From Octopus vulgaris (Eukaryota), in the NCBI GenBank assembly GCA_951406725.2, contig OX597823.1, positions 38,068,001 through 38,132,000 of the forward strand: DNA of 64,000 nt, written 5' to 3'. Both the position numbers and the translations under genes were made by a program. A model generated the notes under the pieces. The model saw only the letters and a program-made list of their open reading frames with translations. It was not told the origin of the DNA and made no database searches. How positions within the stretch are numbered: the first letter of the stretch is position 1; every line of letters starts with the position of its first letter. Shown here in pieces: positions 1 to 13,328 of the stretch.

Positions 1-885
1 GTCTATAGCTTACACCGGGTACATCATATGGAGTTTCTACTCACACCATTTTTACAGATCAAGCAGGGCCATCTACCTGAAGGGGATTGTGGTTTGACAG
101 CTTTCCTACTTATTAAGACTTTGGTTTCTGCTAGGCTGACCCTAAGGCCCTTTGATTCTACACCTTGCTTCCACACCAGAAACTTCGTCTCTAGTTCTGG
201 CAGTGACTCGGCTATTAAGGCAAGGTCGTCAGCATAGAGGAGTTCCCAGGAGCAGCATGTCTTGAATTCCTCTGTTATTGCCTGGAGGACTATGATAAAT
301 AGGAGGGGGCTGAGGACTGATCCCTGGTGAACCCCTACTTCTACTCAGAATTCTTCACTATACTTGTTTCCAACTCTCATCTTACTGACAGCATCCTTGT
401 ACAGCTCTTACCAAGCACTCAACCATCCCCAGTTTCCGCATCGACCACCAGATAAGGGATCGGGGGACCCTGTCAAAGGCTTTCTCCAAGTCAACAAAAG
501 CCAAGTACAAAGGTTTATCTTTGGCTAGATATTTCTCCTGCAGTTGCCTTACTAGAAATATAGAATCAGTGGTGCTTCTGCCTGGCACAAAGCCAAACTG
601 CATCTCATCTAGGCAAACTCTCTCCTAATTAGTTGGGCTATGACCCTCTCTGTAACTCTCATCACCTGATCCAATAATTTGATACCCTTATACTTATTTC
701 TATCTAAGGCATCACCTTTACCCTTGTAGCAGTTGACTATGGTGCTGCTAGACCAGTCATTGAGTATGAATCCTTCTTGAACTACTTGATTTACGATGCA
801 GGTGACATAACCCACACTGCCCGATATTTTAAGCATCTCAGCAGTGATTCCTGATGGGCCAGGTGCTTTCCCTTCCTTCATATCC
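1..885 (-). mobile_element. RTE-clade LINE fragment (RT domain, degenerate)
   Basis: Minus-strand ORF pieces KAPGPSGITAEMLK, QFGFVPGRSTTDSIFLVRQLQEKY...AFVDLEKAFDRVP and a YADD motif near 225-240; frameshifts and an internal deletion. Confidence 0.9.
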
Positions 886-914
886 TTGCTTTCCCTGTCT
901 TCGTGAATCTGCTC

Positions 915-3900
915 AGTCAGATGGCTGCACCAGTCTCCAATCTGATCAAGCAGTTTCTACAGCTGGATGCCCTTCCTAATGCCGACCACTCCGAGAGTGT
1001 AGTGGGTGCTTTTACGTGCCACCGGCAGGAAGGCTAGTCAGGCAGTGCTGTCATCGGACACATCAGCGAATTTGATTTCAATGTCACTTGCCTCAACAAG
1101 TCTTCGCAAGCAGAGTTTAGTGTCCAATGAAAAAAAGGTATGCATAAATGGGCTGGTTACACCACTGGCATAGGCCACAGGTTATGGTCTCACGTGGCTT
1201 GCCAGGTCTTCTTAAGCACAGCATATTTCCAAAGGTCTCAGTCACTAGTCATTGCCTCGGTGAGGCCTAATGTTCGAAGATCGTGCTTCACCACTTCATC
1301 CCAGGTCTTCCTGGGTCTACCTCTTCTACAGATTCCCTCAACTGCTATCCTCATCCATTCTCACCATATGACCATACCAGTTCAGTCATCTCTCTTGCAC
1401 ACCACATCTGATGCTTCTTAGGTCCAACTTTTCTCTCAAGGCACTTACACTCTGTCAAGTATGCACACTGACATTACATATTCAGCGGAGCATACTGGCT
1501 TCATTCCTTGCAAGTTTACGCATGTCCTCAACAGTCATGGCCCATGTTTTACTGCCATATACCATGGCTGTACATACACATGCGTCATACAGTCTACCTT
1601 TTACTCTGAGTGAGATGCCCTTTGTCACCATCAGAGGTAGGTGCTCTCTGAACTTTGCCCAGGCTATTCTTATTCTGGCAGCTACACTTTCAGAGCATCC
1701 ATCCCTGCAACTGATTTGGTCACCTCGGTAACGGAAGCTGTCAACTACTTGCAGTTTTTCTTCCTGGAATGCGGCAGAAGTAGTTCTCAGCACATTTTCA
1801 GTGTTCTTGCTCCTGAGCATCTGCCACATACAAAAACTATCTTCCCAGTTAGCGTTCCTTTATTTACTATTGACAGCTACTTGTCCTTATCTTGTTTGTT
1901 GTTAACACGTTTCAGCTGATATAGCCTTCAGCCTTCATCTTAAGGAAATTTCGAACCTGGGTTCTCATTCCTAAGGTAATTTTTGATATTGCTGTTATTA
2001 TTATTATTCGGGTCACTGCCTAGAATCAAACTCGGAATCATGGGGTTAGTATCCTGCACTCTTAACCACTACGCCATATGCCTGGCATATGGTGCAGTGG
2101 TTAGGAATGAGAATCCAGGTTCAAAATTTCCCCCAAGGCACCTGATGAAGGCTGGAGGGTATATCAGCTGAAATGTGGTGTTAACAACAAACAAGAAGAG
2201 GACAAATATCCGTCAATTGTAAATAATTCCTCATCTCTTAAATATAGAACTGTATTAGCCTTCCTTTGATATTGCTGCACCTCTTATGTGTCCATAGCTT
2301 AAACTGGGCACATCTTATAAAGTTTCTACCTTTTCAACAGATCGAGAAGAGTCATCTACCTGAAGGGATTTGTGGTTTGTCAGCCTTCCTACTCATTAAG
2401 ACTTTAGTGTTAGCTAGGTTGACTCTAAGGCCCTTTGATTCTAATCCTTGCTTCTACACCTGAAACTTCTCCTCTAGTTCTGATAGTGAGTCAGCAATTA
2501 AAGCAAGGTCATCAGCATAGAGGAGCTCCCAGGGGCATACTGTCTTGAATTCCTCTGTTATTGCCTGGAGGACTATGATAAATAACAACCCTCTCTGTGA
2601 CTTTCATTACCTGATCCAACAGCTTGTACCTCTGTAATTATTTGTATCTAATGTGCCACCTTTAACTTTGTAGCAGTTGACCATGGTGTTGCTACATCAG
2701 TCACTGGGTATGACTCCTTCATGTATCACCTGGTTGACTATATGGGTGACTAGGCTATAGCCAACACTGCCAGATATTTTGAGCATCTCTGCAGTGATTC
2801 CTGATGAGCTGGAGGATTGCCCTGTCTTCATACCCTTAATTGCTTTATCTACTAAGGCACTGTCAATTAGGATAGCTGGTCCTCTGTTAGGCCAGCATTC
2901 AGCAGACTCTCTTTCTCCCATTCATTCTCTTTATTTAGCAACCTTTCATAGTGGCGTCTCCATACCCCTTTCTTTGCAGCCTCGTTTAACGCAAGTGAAC
3001 CATCATCCATGTGGACACATTTCTCTCCTATGACATCTCAATTCTCTCTCACACAATGTCTTGCAACACAAAATACCTCAAGTCTTTGGTGCTCACAGCA
3101 CAGAAGATTGGCAAATTTTTTCTTATCTGCTTCCCCTCTGGCTAAATAAACCTGTCTCCTAGCTTCCCTTCTGGCAGTCTGGTACCATTCCCAGCTACCA
3201 CTGTTCTTCCAGTCCTTCTAAGCCTGTTTCTTTTCCCTAATGGCTCTGCCAACAACACTGTTCCACCACCATGTTATCTTGGGTCAAGAGGGGACTTTGC
3301 ACCATCCATATCTGGTCCGTGGCAGCAGGTTGTCCCGTAGAAACCTCCAGTTGATTTCCACATCATGTAATGTTATATCCCTCTCTATTTCATAAAAAGC
3401 TTTGAGTAATATGTCTCTGAATCTCTGTCCATTAGCAGGAACTTTAAGCTTTCAGACCCTTCTTCTCCATGCTGGTCGTCTTCTGGGCATCCATTTAGCT
3501 CTGATCCTGAAGTCGCTAACTACTAGTCTATGTTATAAAGTACATGCTTTGCCTGTGAAGGCTTTGGCATTTATAAGTAGCCACCTTTCCCTTTTCCTGG
3601 AAAGAATGTAGTGAATTTGACTAGTGTGACTACAAGATAGGTAGGTGACTAGGTGACTGGCAGGTTTCCTAAAGTTAGTATTGCAAACCATAAGATCATT
3701 TGCATCACAGAACTCCAGCAGTCTGGTTCCCTCATTACTGCAGGAACCAAAACCATAGCCTCCATGTATGCCATGGAAGCCTCCTGCATGTTATCCAACA
3801 TGTCCATTGAAATCACCAGCCACAAAGAGAAGGTCCCTGTCATTCATCAATGAGGTAGTCAGCAAGTGAGTGTCATAAAATCGGTCTTTCTCTCCATCAG

Positions 3901-4330
3901 GTAGCCCCGGCTGAGGGGTATAGGCCAAGATAATGGCTGCTAACCAACAATGTAGCACTAATCTAATCTTAAGTATTCTATCGCAGACTCTGACTACCTC
4001 GATTACTTTATCAACCCATTTCTCTGCAAGAAGTATACCCACACCTCTGACCCCATCAGTGTTCCCTGCTCAGAAGTTCTTGTATCTATGTTCTTTGCCT
4101 GTGAGGAACCTAGCAGAACCTCCTCTCCACCTTACTTCTTGGATGCAGCACAAATCTACATGTCTCTGTTCAAGCATCTCAACAATCTCACCAGACCTAC
4201 CGTTGAGTGTGCTAACCCCGAAAGTGTGGGCCCGTGTGATCCTGGGATGGGGAGACAGCAGTGTTATGTACCTGAAAAGGAAGCTTGCATTTGGCAGAAT
4301 TCATAAATGAACAACAGCCTTCAACCTGCA
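915..4330 (-). mobile_element. Near full-length degenerate RTE LINE (APE endonuclease, RT, 3' UTR), interrupted by a palindromic element
   Basis: Endonuclease motifs GVGILLAEKW, AYTPQ and VAGDFNGHVG at 3791-4042; RT and C-terminal pieces at 1482-2921; 3' UTR at 915-1200 shared with the other copies. Confidence 0.9.
1862..2254. mobile_element. Inverted-repeat non-autonomous element with tRNA-like core and hammerhead-like motif, nested in RTE
   Basis: About 1862-1975 is the reverse complement of about 2100-2226; 13-bp TSD TTAGC[G/C]TTCCTTT at 1849-1861 and 2255-2267; CTGATGA...GAAA at 2142-2173. Confidence 0.75.
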
Positions 4331-4539
4331 TACACTACGCCATCATTTTTATGCACTATATGATCACAACCTTACATAGGAGATAGGCCCTAAGTAGGCG
4401 TGGGGATGGCATTAAACCTTTAGAAGTGTTTATGGGAGACAACCGAAGGATGTCAGAAGATAGGAACTTCCGGAATTGGTGGTGGGTGTGCGAGGGCAGG
4501 CGCACTGCGAAACAGCAATATCAGTATTAGGAATAGCAT

Positions 4540-5198
4540 ATTAATAGTAGATAGAATTTTAAAATTTTAGAAAATTCGGTTAGCTAATCTGTGACAAAAT
4601 TAGAGAAATGACTAATTGACGATGCAACAAAAGTAAATGGATAAATGAATGAGTGACGATAGGGTATTCATGTGAACTTAGGTTTGTTTTATAAGACGGA
4701 TGACGCAAACTATGTTTACAGAACTAAGAGGGGATTATGCTCTGCACTGAAATAGAGGTGAAAGATGTACTGAATTGAAAAAAAAAACAAGATTCCTTAT
4801 CTGAACAACAACATCTGGCTGGATCTGTATTCTTTTGGCGGGGTTATTGAAATATAGTAGGAATCCGAGAGAGCAAGTTTATATAGAGTGGAATGGTGGA
4901 GGAGGGTTAGGGTTGTGATTGGAGAAGCAAGTGGTTATCGAAACAGGGAGAGAGAGAGAGACAATGCTGGTGTTAGGATAGAACATGAGGGGGAGAGAAA
5001 TAATTGTTTTGGTGTTTTTGCGAAACATAACTTTAATGAAGTAGCAAATTAATAGTAGATAGAATTTTAAAATCTTAGAAAATTCAGTCAGCCAATCTGT
5101 GACAAAATTAGAGAATTGACAAATTGACTAAAAGACAAAAGTAAATAGATGAATGAATGAATGAGTGACAATAGGGTATTTGTGTGAACTTAAGTTTA
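4540..5198. repeat. Diverged direct repeat of about 150 bp upstream of the RTE
   Basis: ATTAATAGTAGATAGAATTTTAAAA...GTGAACTTA[G/A]GTTT occurs at about 4540-4685 and about 5048-5197. Confidence 0.8.
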
Positions 5199-5210
5199 CA
5201 CACACACATA

Positions 5211-6799
5211 TCTCTTATTATAAAAGGCAGATTTTATCTGCCTCCCTTTGTAACTTATAGAAATCTACAATATAGGATTTCTTCAATTACAATTTACCTA
5301 GCATTTTTAAGAGTAGAATGCATCGGGTCATGCCAGGTCCAATTTTTAAAATTTAAACTCCAATTAAGCAAAATTTACAGAAAACTCACATTCTGGTGTG
5401 TATGTCAAATGCTTTTCTTAATGTGGTTTACACCACACGCACACAGTGTGCAACGAATAAAATGAAAGTAAATAGCGACAGAGTGATTTGAGGAAGACTA
5501 AACTGAAAGTATTTAAACCACTACTCAAAAAATAAAAAAACACAGCAAACAGAAACAAATAAATACATAACGATTTACTCCTCACACAATTTCTTCAATT
5601 AGAGTTTACCTAAGATTTTTCAAAGTACTCCATTCGGTCATGCCATAATATATTTCTTTCAATTTCACCCCCAATTAAGACAAAATTCGAGGAAACTCAA
5701 TATTTTAACATTTCACTCCGAAAGCATTGATGTACATGTGTGCGTGCATGAGTGTGTGTGTGTTTGATGGGTTGTGCGACACAGAAAGTGTGGTGTGTAA
5801 GTGAAGTGCTTTTGTTAGTGTGTGTAAAGAAACAGACAGAGTGAAAGACAGAAATAACTGAACTTTTTTTATTCACTTTTTGTAGTGAGTGACTGAGAGA
5901 GAAAAGAGAGAGAGAGGTTATGTATGGCTTCAGTGACACACAAAAACACATACCTACGTACACCTAAAGCACGCACACATACACACACAAGCAGAGCGCG
6001 AACTTCAAAATTTTGGTAGTATTAATTTGCGAGCGTACTTCTAAGCGCGCGTAATTGAAAGTTTTCACTATGATATCATCACGTGCGAAAAAATTTGAAG
6101 GGTTTTGAACAATTGAGATACAGATGTCATGCCTGTATTGAAACCATTGCTAAGCTGCCGTAATTGCTTAATTAAGACTTTGTTTAAATTGAAAGGGGCA
6201 AATATGTGACGAGGTTGAAAAAAAATACCCCAGAAAAAAAAATGTACTGCTGGTATTTATATAATTCACTACTATTTTGCTACAGTGTCATGAAAAAGAA
6301 AAAATTTCCCCGTTCGCGTTTGTGTAAAAAAAATTATTATTTAAGTTTTAAAAATTATTTACTTTCTTCAAAAAATATTAATATTAATTAATTTTCAAGA
6401 ATTATTTAATTTTATTCTGTAAAATAGTAATTAATTCATTTATCTGTAAATCCGCGAGGTTGTTACTCAGGCACCTAGAATGGTAACCTTCAACTAACAC
6501 TATCTCCTCCAAGACCCTGCGGCGCAAGTTGACCAAAATTGAGAGTATGGTAGAAGAAGGGTTGCTCTTCCTTCCGTAGAACATAAAATTCAAATCGGAC
6601 CATGTTAACACCAAAAATTATTTACATCAAAAAGATGCTTTTTTCTATGAAAATCCCTATTTTTTACGATTTTTTCACTGCTGTGTTGCCACTTTTCAGT
6701 GTATTTCAACCAGAAAAATGTTCACAAAATTTTTACTTTTCAAAATTACAATTCCAGCGGGTCGAAACAAACCCGAGCAACGCCGGGCGATACTGCTAG
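5211..6799 (+). mobile_element. Non-autonomous Helitron
   Basis: 5' TC start (A|TCTCTTATTATAAAA), 3' GC hairpin CCCGAGCAACGCCGGG followed by CTAG|T, inserted between A and T. Confidence 0.75.
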
Positions 6800-6859
6800 T
6801 ATATATATAGATATATATATATATACATTCATATATAAACATCATCATATAACAACCAT

Positions 6860-8030
6860 TGTTCATGCTGGCATGGACTGAACAGTTTCACCAGAGGTGG
6901 TAAGCTGAGGGGCTGCACCAGACTCCAGTCAGATTAGACATGGTTTCTGCAGCTGGATGCCCTTCCTAACACCAACCACTCCTAGAGTATAATGGGTGCT
7001 TTTATGTGCCACCAGCACAGGTGCCAGTTGCATGACACCAGTATCTACCACAACTAGAATTTCACTTGGCTTGATGGATTTTCTACTGAAGCACAGAATA
7101 TTACCAGCACAGGTGCTAGTTACTCGACACCAGCATTGGCCACATAGCCTCCATGAGGCCCAACGCTCAAAATTTGCTTTTTACGTGCCAGTTACGTGAC
7201 ACTGGCATTGACCACAATGATGATTTCACTTTGCTTAACGAGTCTTCTCAAACACAGCATATCACCAAAGGTGTTAGTCACTTGTCATTGCCTCTGTGAG
7301 GCCCAACGTTCAAAGATCATGCTTCAATACCTCGTTCCATGTCTTCTTGGGTCTATCCCTTCACAGGTTCCCCCTACAGTCAGAGATTGGCACTTCACAC
7401 AGCTATCCTTGCCCATATGCATCGCACGACTATACCAGCACAGCTATCTCTCTTGCACACCACATCTGATGCCCAACTTTTCTCTCAAGATGCTTACAAT
7501 CTGTTGTGCATGCACAGACATTGCACATCCAGCTAAGCATGCTAGCTTCATTTCCTTCAAGCCTATGCTTGTCCTCAGCCATCACAACCCGTTTCACTGC
7601 TGTATAACATAGCTATTCACACACAGTCTGTCTTTCACTCTGAGGGAGAGGCCCTTTGTTGCCAACAGAGGTAGGAGCTCTCTGAACTTTGCCCAGCCTA
7701 TTCTTATTCTCGCAGTTACACTCTTGGAGCAGCTACCACCACTACTGATTTAGTAACTAAGTTAACAGAAGATATCAACTACCTCTAGCTTACCCCACTG
7801 GCATTTGATGGTGTCTATCTTCTGTTTATTGTACTTGTGCACCTTCCACATACAAAATACTATTTTCTCAGTTAACTTTCCTCTGCTATTGCTGCACCTC
7901 TTACATGTCCATAGCTTGCAACAGGTATATCTTACGGAGTTTCTACCTATGGCTTTTCTACAGTCAAGCAGGGCCATCTACCTGAAGGGAATTGTGATTT
8001 GTCCACTTTCCTACTTACTAAAACTTTGGT
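6860..8030 (-). mobile_element. RTE LINE 3' fragment
   Basis: Homologous to the RTE C-terminus (GRNSVR..CKLWT.KRCS) and 3' UTR seen in the other copies. Confidence 0.85.
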
Positions 8031-8084
8031 TTATATACATATATATATATCATCATCATCTTCATATATAATTCACAGTTCATG

Positions 8085-8900
8085 TGTTTCAACAAAATCT
8101 GCTATGGAATCTTTTGCAGTTTTAGATAAATGTTTCCCAAAATCAAATAGATACCATACTATCTTTAATAGATACACTGTGAAGGTATGATACACAAACT
8201 CCACTGACTTAGAACAACACATACACTGCATTAATAACAGAAAAATGAACCAAGCATCGAATAACCTACCCACTGGGCTCCTAGCATATGACAGGGAAAC
8301 TACTGCTGGGACAATGAATAGAAAGGATAGCAATTATTTTGAACAAAATCTGAAGAAAAGTAATACCAATCAGAATAAGCACCTGCTGCGGCCACATCAG
8401 AAAAGTAACGAAAATAGAGATATACCCTACATAGTAACAGTATCAGAAAATGAAATCAGAAGAGCCACAAACGCAACTAAATGCTCATGCAGAAAAAAAA
8501 AAGTGTCTATTGACAAACCTCTGTAGGAGTACCAATGTTGTATATAAGTGCACCATACACACAAGGGGAGGACCATACATTTACAGTGGTGCAACGCCTG
8601 ATTCATTCAAGAACCAATATTGAAACCGTGTTTCCATATCAATAAAATCAACAGGAGACACTTGACATCTTTGGCTGATTTTGTGTGGCAAATTAAGGTG
8701 GATAAGATCAAATACGATCTCACTTGGTCTCTAATAAAACATGCACAAGCATACAATGTCCTTTCCAGGAGATGCAGACTGTGCTCTGAGGAATTGATGT
8801 CCATTTTGTGGACCAATGAAAAGCTCATTAACAGAATTTCCGAAAGACTATAGAGATGCTTGCATGCTACAAAATGCACCTTGGCACAATTCAGTGGACA
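8085..8900 (+). mobile_element. Penelope-like element (PLE) 3' fragment: RT thumb, CxC linker, GIY-YIG region
   Basis: LDKCFPKSNRYHTIFNRYTVKV, KCSCRKK and HLTSLADFVWQIK...LTWSLIKHAQAYNVLSRRCRLCSEE resemble the PLE C-terminal endonuclease region; frameshifted. Confidence 0.75.
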
Positions 8901-8984
8901 CGAATAAGAGTAATTGTTGACTAAATTAATAACCTACAGCACCATCTTGGGAAATTTTAGTTGAACTAATCAACACCAGTAATC

Positions 8985-9248
8985 ATTCTATTGGTCTCTT
9001 TACTGAACTAAGTTATAGGGACATAAACACACCAACACTGGTTATCAAGCGGTGATGGGGGACAAACAAAGACACACACACATATAAGACAGACTTCTTT
9101 CAGTTTCCGTCTACCAAATCCACTCACAGGGCTTTGGTTGGCCCAAGGCTATAGTAGAAGACGCATGGCCAAGGTGTCACACAGTAGGAGTGGACCCAGA
9201 ACCATATGGTTGGAAAGCAAACTTCTTACCACACAGCTACATGTGCAC
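8985..9248 (-). mobile_element. tRNA-derived SINE (family A), degenerate
   Basis: Reverse complement of the family at 30603-31050. Confidence 0.75.
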
Positions 9249-9278
9249 CTATATATATATATATATATATATGGTGTG

Positions 9279-9761
9279 GAGGCGCAATGGCCTAGTGGTT
9301 CGGGCAGCGGACTCGCGGTCATAGGATCGCAGCTTCGATTCCCAAACCAGGCATTGTGAGTGTTTATTGAGCAAAACACCCAAAGCTCCATGAGACTCCG
9401 GCAGGGGTGGGGGTGAACCCTGCTGTACTCTTTCACCACAACTTTCTCTCACTCTTTCTTCCTGTTTCTGTTGTACCTGTATTTCAAAGGGCCATGCTGA
9501 ATCTCTCCGAGAACTACTTTAAGGGTACACGTGTCTGTGGAGTGCTCAGCCACTTGCACGTTAATAAATGAGCTGCGACATTACTGGTGCCAAGCTGTAT
9601 TGGCCTTTGCCTTTCCCTTGGATAACATTGGTGGTGTGGAGAGGGGAGGCTGGTATGCATGGGCAACTGCTGGTCTTCCATAAACAACCTTGTCCAGACT
9701 TGAACCTCGGAGGGTAACTTTCTAGGGGCAATCCCATGGTCATCCATGACCGAAGGGGGTC
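9279..9761 (+). mobile_element. tRNA-derived SINE (family B)
   Basis: A box TGGCCTAGTGG and B-box-like GCTTCGATTCC; second copy at 22834. Confidence 0.8.
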
Positions 9762-9874
9762 ACAAAATATATATGGTGTATATCAACAAGAAAAACACTA
9801 AATGTGTTTTATAAGAGGTATCTCTCTGCAAGAGAGATACAAAACTTTTTACTGAAGTTGTTGTTAATACTTAC

Positions 9875-10018
9875 ATCAGATTTTTCTAGAACTTCTTTAA
9901 TTTTAGAACGAGTCATCTTTGGTTCATAGACAGCTTCTATAAATTCACCTTCAACTTCTCCAGCTGATTTCAAAGTATTGTTCATCATAGCCATGACATG
10001 TTCATTAGTAATCACAGT
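9875..10018 (-). CDS. GON4L: GON4-like protein, coding exon 3
   Basis: AG/GT-bounded 144-nt phase-0 exon TVITNEHVMAMMNNTLKSAGEVEGEFIEAVYEPKMTRSKIKEVLEKSD; matches the GON4L motif VITNEHVVAMM...FEPKMTRSKLKEVVEK as I recall it. Confidence 0.9.
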
Positions 10019-10059
10019 CTGAAATTACAAAAGTTTAAAATATTAATAATTGTTTCTAA

Positions 10060-10865
10060 TTTAGGCACAACGTGAGCAATTAGGAAGGAGATAGTTGATA
10101 AAATTAACCCTAGTATTTGGCTGTTAATTTATTTTATTGACCTTGAAAGGATGAAAGGTAAAGTTGACCACTGCAGGATTTCAACTCTGAACAATAAGCT
10201 AAAACATTTACTGCAAGCATTTTCCTAATGCTCTATGATAATTACAAAAGAATTAAGAAGATAAATTACAGTAAATATGAACTATGTATGTGTAGAACTT
10301 ATTGAAAATGAGTGACAGAGTGAGTTTGTAGACACAAATCTAGATAAACAGATCCTGACAACAACTGCGAACAGACTATATCAACACAATCAATAATTGT
10401 TTAATAGAAATGATACACTGATGATAACTATCCACAAACATTTATAATATTGGTTTCAAATTTTGGTACCAGGGCAGTAATTTCAGGTTGGGGGTAAGTC
10501 AATTACATAATAAACCCAAGTGCTCAACCAACTGGTACTTATTTTATCAACCTGAAAGGATGAAAAGCAAAGTCAACTTCAGTGGAATCTGAACTCAGAA
10601 TGTAAAGAAGGATAAAATGCTGCTAAGCGTTTTGTCAAGTGTGCTACCAGTTCTGCCAGCTTGCTACCTTAACAAACGTTTATAATACTGGTTTGAGGGG
10701 AGGAGATAAGTTGGTTACATCAACCCCAGTGCTCAACTTGTACTTATTTTATCAACCCCGAAAGGATGAAAGGCAAAGTCAGCCTTGGCAGAACATATAG
10801 AAGGATGGTATGCCGCTAAGCATTTTGCCCAGCATGATAACAGTTCTGACTGCTTGCCACCCTCA
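10060..10865 (-). mobile_element. Cluster of SINE family C copies
   Basis: Repeated TTATTTTATC...GAAAGGATGAAAGGCAAAGTC blocks; reverse complement of the element at 55060. Confidence 0.7.
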
Positions 10866-11518
10866 CAAACATTTATAATATTGACAAGAATTTGTATGAC
10901 TAATAGGCATAGGCTTGGCTTATAGGTGCAGGTATGGTTGTGTAGCAAAAATCTGAATGAAATTGAACTATAGCTCTCAGATTTTCCCAGTCTAGAACCA
11001 CAAACTAATGTATCTCATAAAAGGCATTAATGCCTAACATGAATATAACCCAACTGATCAATACTGGCTGACTTATGCCTGGGGTGGCAAATTTCAAAGG
11101 AAATAAGCAAATTTTACTGTTAAACAGTTTCAGTAAAGATTCTAGAACTTTTGTGTTGATAGTGATAATATACAAGTGAATTAAACTTTTGGTATAAATC
11201 CATGTTTACACAGATCATGTTGCTTTTTCCCCATATGGTAGTCTCTCACTTATTCAACCACAGACCAGAGCCTTAGATAGCTAGTGGCTCTGGCCTGAGG
11301 TTGAAGAGGTAAGAGACTATCATACAAGGAAAAAGCAACAAGACCTTTATAAACTAGGGTTTGTATGGGTCATGTACACTCTGTAAAGTGATTGCCATTA
11401 GGAAGGGCACCAAGCACAGAAACCATGCCAAAACAGAGATTGGAGCTTGACGCAGTCCTCTGGCTTATCAACTTCTGACAAATCATACAATCCATGCCAG
11501 CATGGAAAACAGACATTA

Positions 11519-11551
<33 letters not shown>

Positions 11552-11816
11552 TACACCATATACATACACACACACATTGACTAACTAGACTGTTGATGTC
11601 AGCTGTTGTTATATAGCCTGTTAGCCCTACCCAAGCATAACTGTAGCTTAGAGATGTTGGTTACATAGACATAAAGATATAAAGTGAAATAGTTATAACT
11701 GAGAAATGAAAGTAAATTGTAGAGAATTTACTGTCATAGCACAGTAAACACCATAGAGACATGGGAACTTATTGCCATACAGCAATCATCACCATACAAC
11801 TTTTGACATTACTTAC

Positions 11817-12003
11817 ATGAAGTATACTTTTGACATTCATTACACTGAGGTTGTTCTTGCGAGCATTCTCTTCTAGCCTCCGATCCATCTCAAATTCAAA
11901 GTCAGAACTTGAATCAATTTCCAAATCTAATTCAGAAGATTCTGTATCTGACTTCTCAGGAGGAGGGTTTGTTGTTCTTTCAGACTTTTTACTTCTTTTG
12001 GCA
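11817..12003 (-). CDS. GON4L: GON4-like protein, coding exon 2
   Basis: AG/GT-bounded 187-nt exon ending MDRRLEENARKNNLSVMNVKSILH; matches GON4L [24 protein letters not shown]; phases fit both neighbouring exons. Confidence 0.9.
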
Positions 12004-13328
12004 CTAAAATTTAAAAAGAGAAATTTTATATCATTAAACTCTTAAGAACATCGCACTTAATTTCTTTTTCTTTCACATTTTCAACAATAGTTTACTTATT
12101 CCAGTATCAGCTGGAGTTGGATGAAATACAACACATTGACATAAATAGTTGTTGTTTAGCTCTGTTGCCTTGCCAGCATCAAATTTTGATGGAATCGTAA
12201 GGCCTGTGACATACAACATGCCTTAGGCATCTAAGCCTAGCAAAGCATAACCCTCTCCAAAACTAACAAGTCATTTCTTCCAGAGAGAGAGAGAGAGAGT
12301 CAATCCCATGAGTAAAGTTCTAAATAGCCCAGAAGCTTAAGAGAGGAGAGATGAGAAAGAGACAAGGGGAGTGAAAGTTATGTCTCTCGTGAAAGGAATG
12401 GAAACTAGAAATTCATGCAGTTTGTTAAATTATTCAGATGAAACATGAGGAAATTGTCTATGTCTGAGATAATCAACAACCTAAATAAATCTTATTTACA
12501 GTGCCATGACATGAACCACCAAATTCTCATTCGGTTGTCTGGTATCATTCAATCCAGTCATTCATGCTCTTCAACAAAACAGAGGCAAATGGTAGGCATT
12601 TAGCAAAAGTATTAACAAAATTCCAACAATGGGACAATTGTACATACATTTCACAGAAGTTTAGTAGCATGTACAAGAAATTGGATCTTTATTAATTTTA
12701 CCATGTATCTGCTCTATAGCAAGACACCTGTTTCTGCCTCTCTCTCTGTTACACCCTAACATTTCATCATCTGACACAAGATCACTTCCACCAATGCCCC
12801 CTCACCTTTCACAATTCCTTGTCTTGCAAGTTACTTGGTGACCCTGTCAGTGCTGGTGCCATGTAAAAAGCATCCAGTCCACACTGTGAAGTGATTGGCA
12901 TTTGGAAGGGCATCCAGCTGTAAAAACCATGCCAAAACTGACCTCACCTGTGCTAGTGCCACGTAAAAATCACTCGGTCCACTCTGCAAGGTGGTAGGTG
13001 TTAAGAAGGCATCTAGCCATAAAAACCATGCCAAAATAGACACAGCAGCTTCTATTTTGGCCAGCATGGAAGGTAGACATCAAATGATGATTTATATAAA
13101 ATAATGAATCTTTTATTCTTTTACTTGTTTCAGTCATTTGACTGCGACCATGCTGAAGAACCGCCTAATGATGTACATATTCATTCTTAATACAGTGCAG
13201 CAAATTCGAACCAGAATATGCTAATTCCTGTTCAATTTCATCATTGAAGAATGTATCAAGAATGAATGTGTACGTCATTTTACCTCTACTCTCTGTGCAC
13301 AAAATGAATTACCATTTAACATACTTAC

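Noticed and set aside
8073-8333. Minus-strand ORF as a further GON4L exon
   Set aside because: It is antisense to a Penelope-like fragment and shows no recognisable GON4L similarity.
9279-9355. tRNA-like sequence (also at 22834, 30603, 33807 and about 2000-2080)
   Set aside because: No proper cloverleaf or T-run terminator; each continues into a repeated SINE body, so these are SINE heads rather than tRNA genes.
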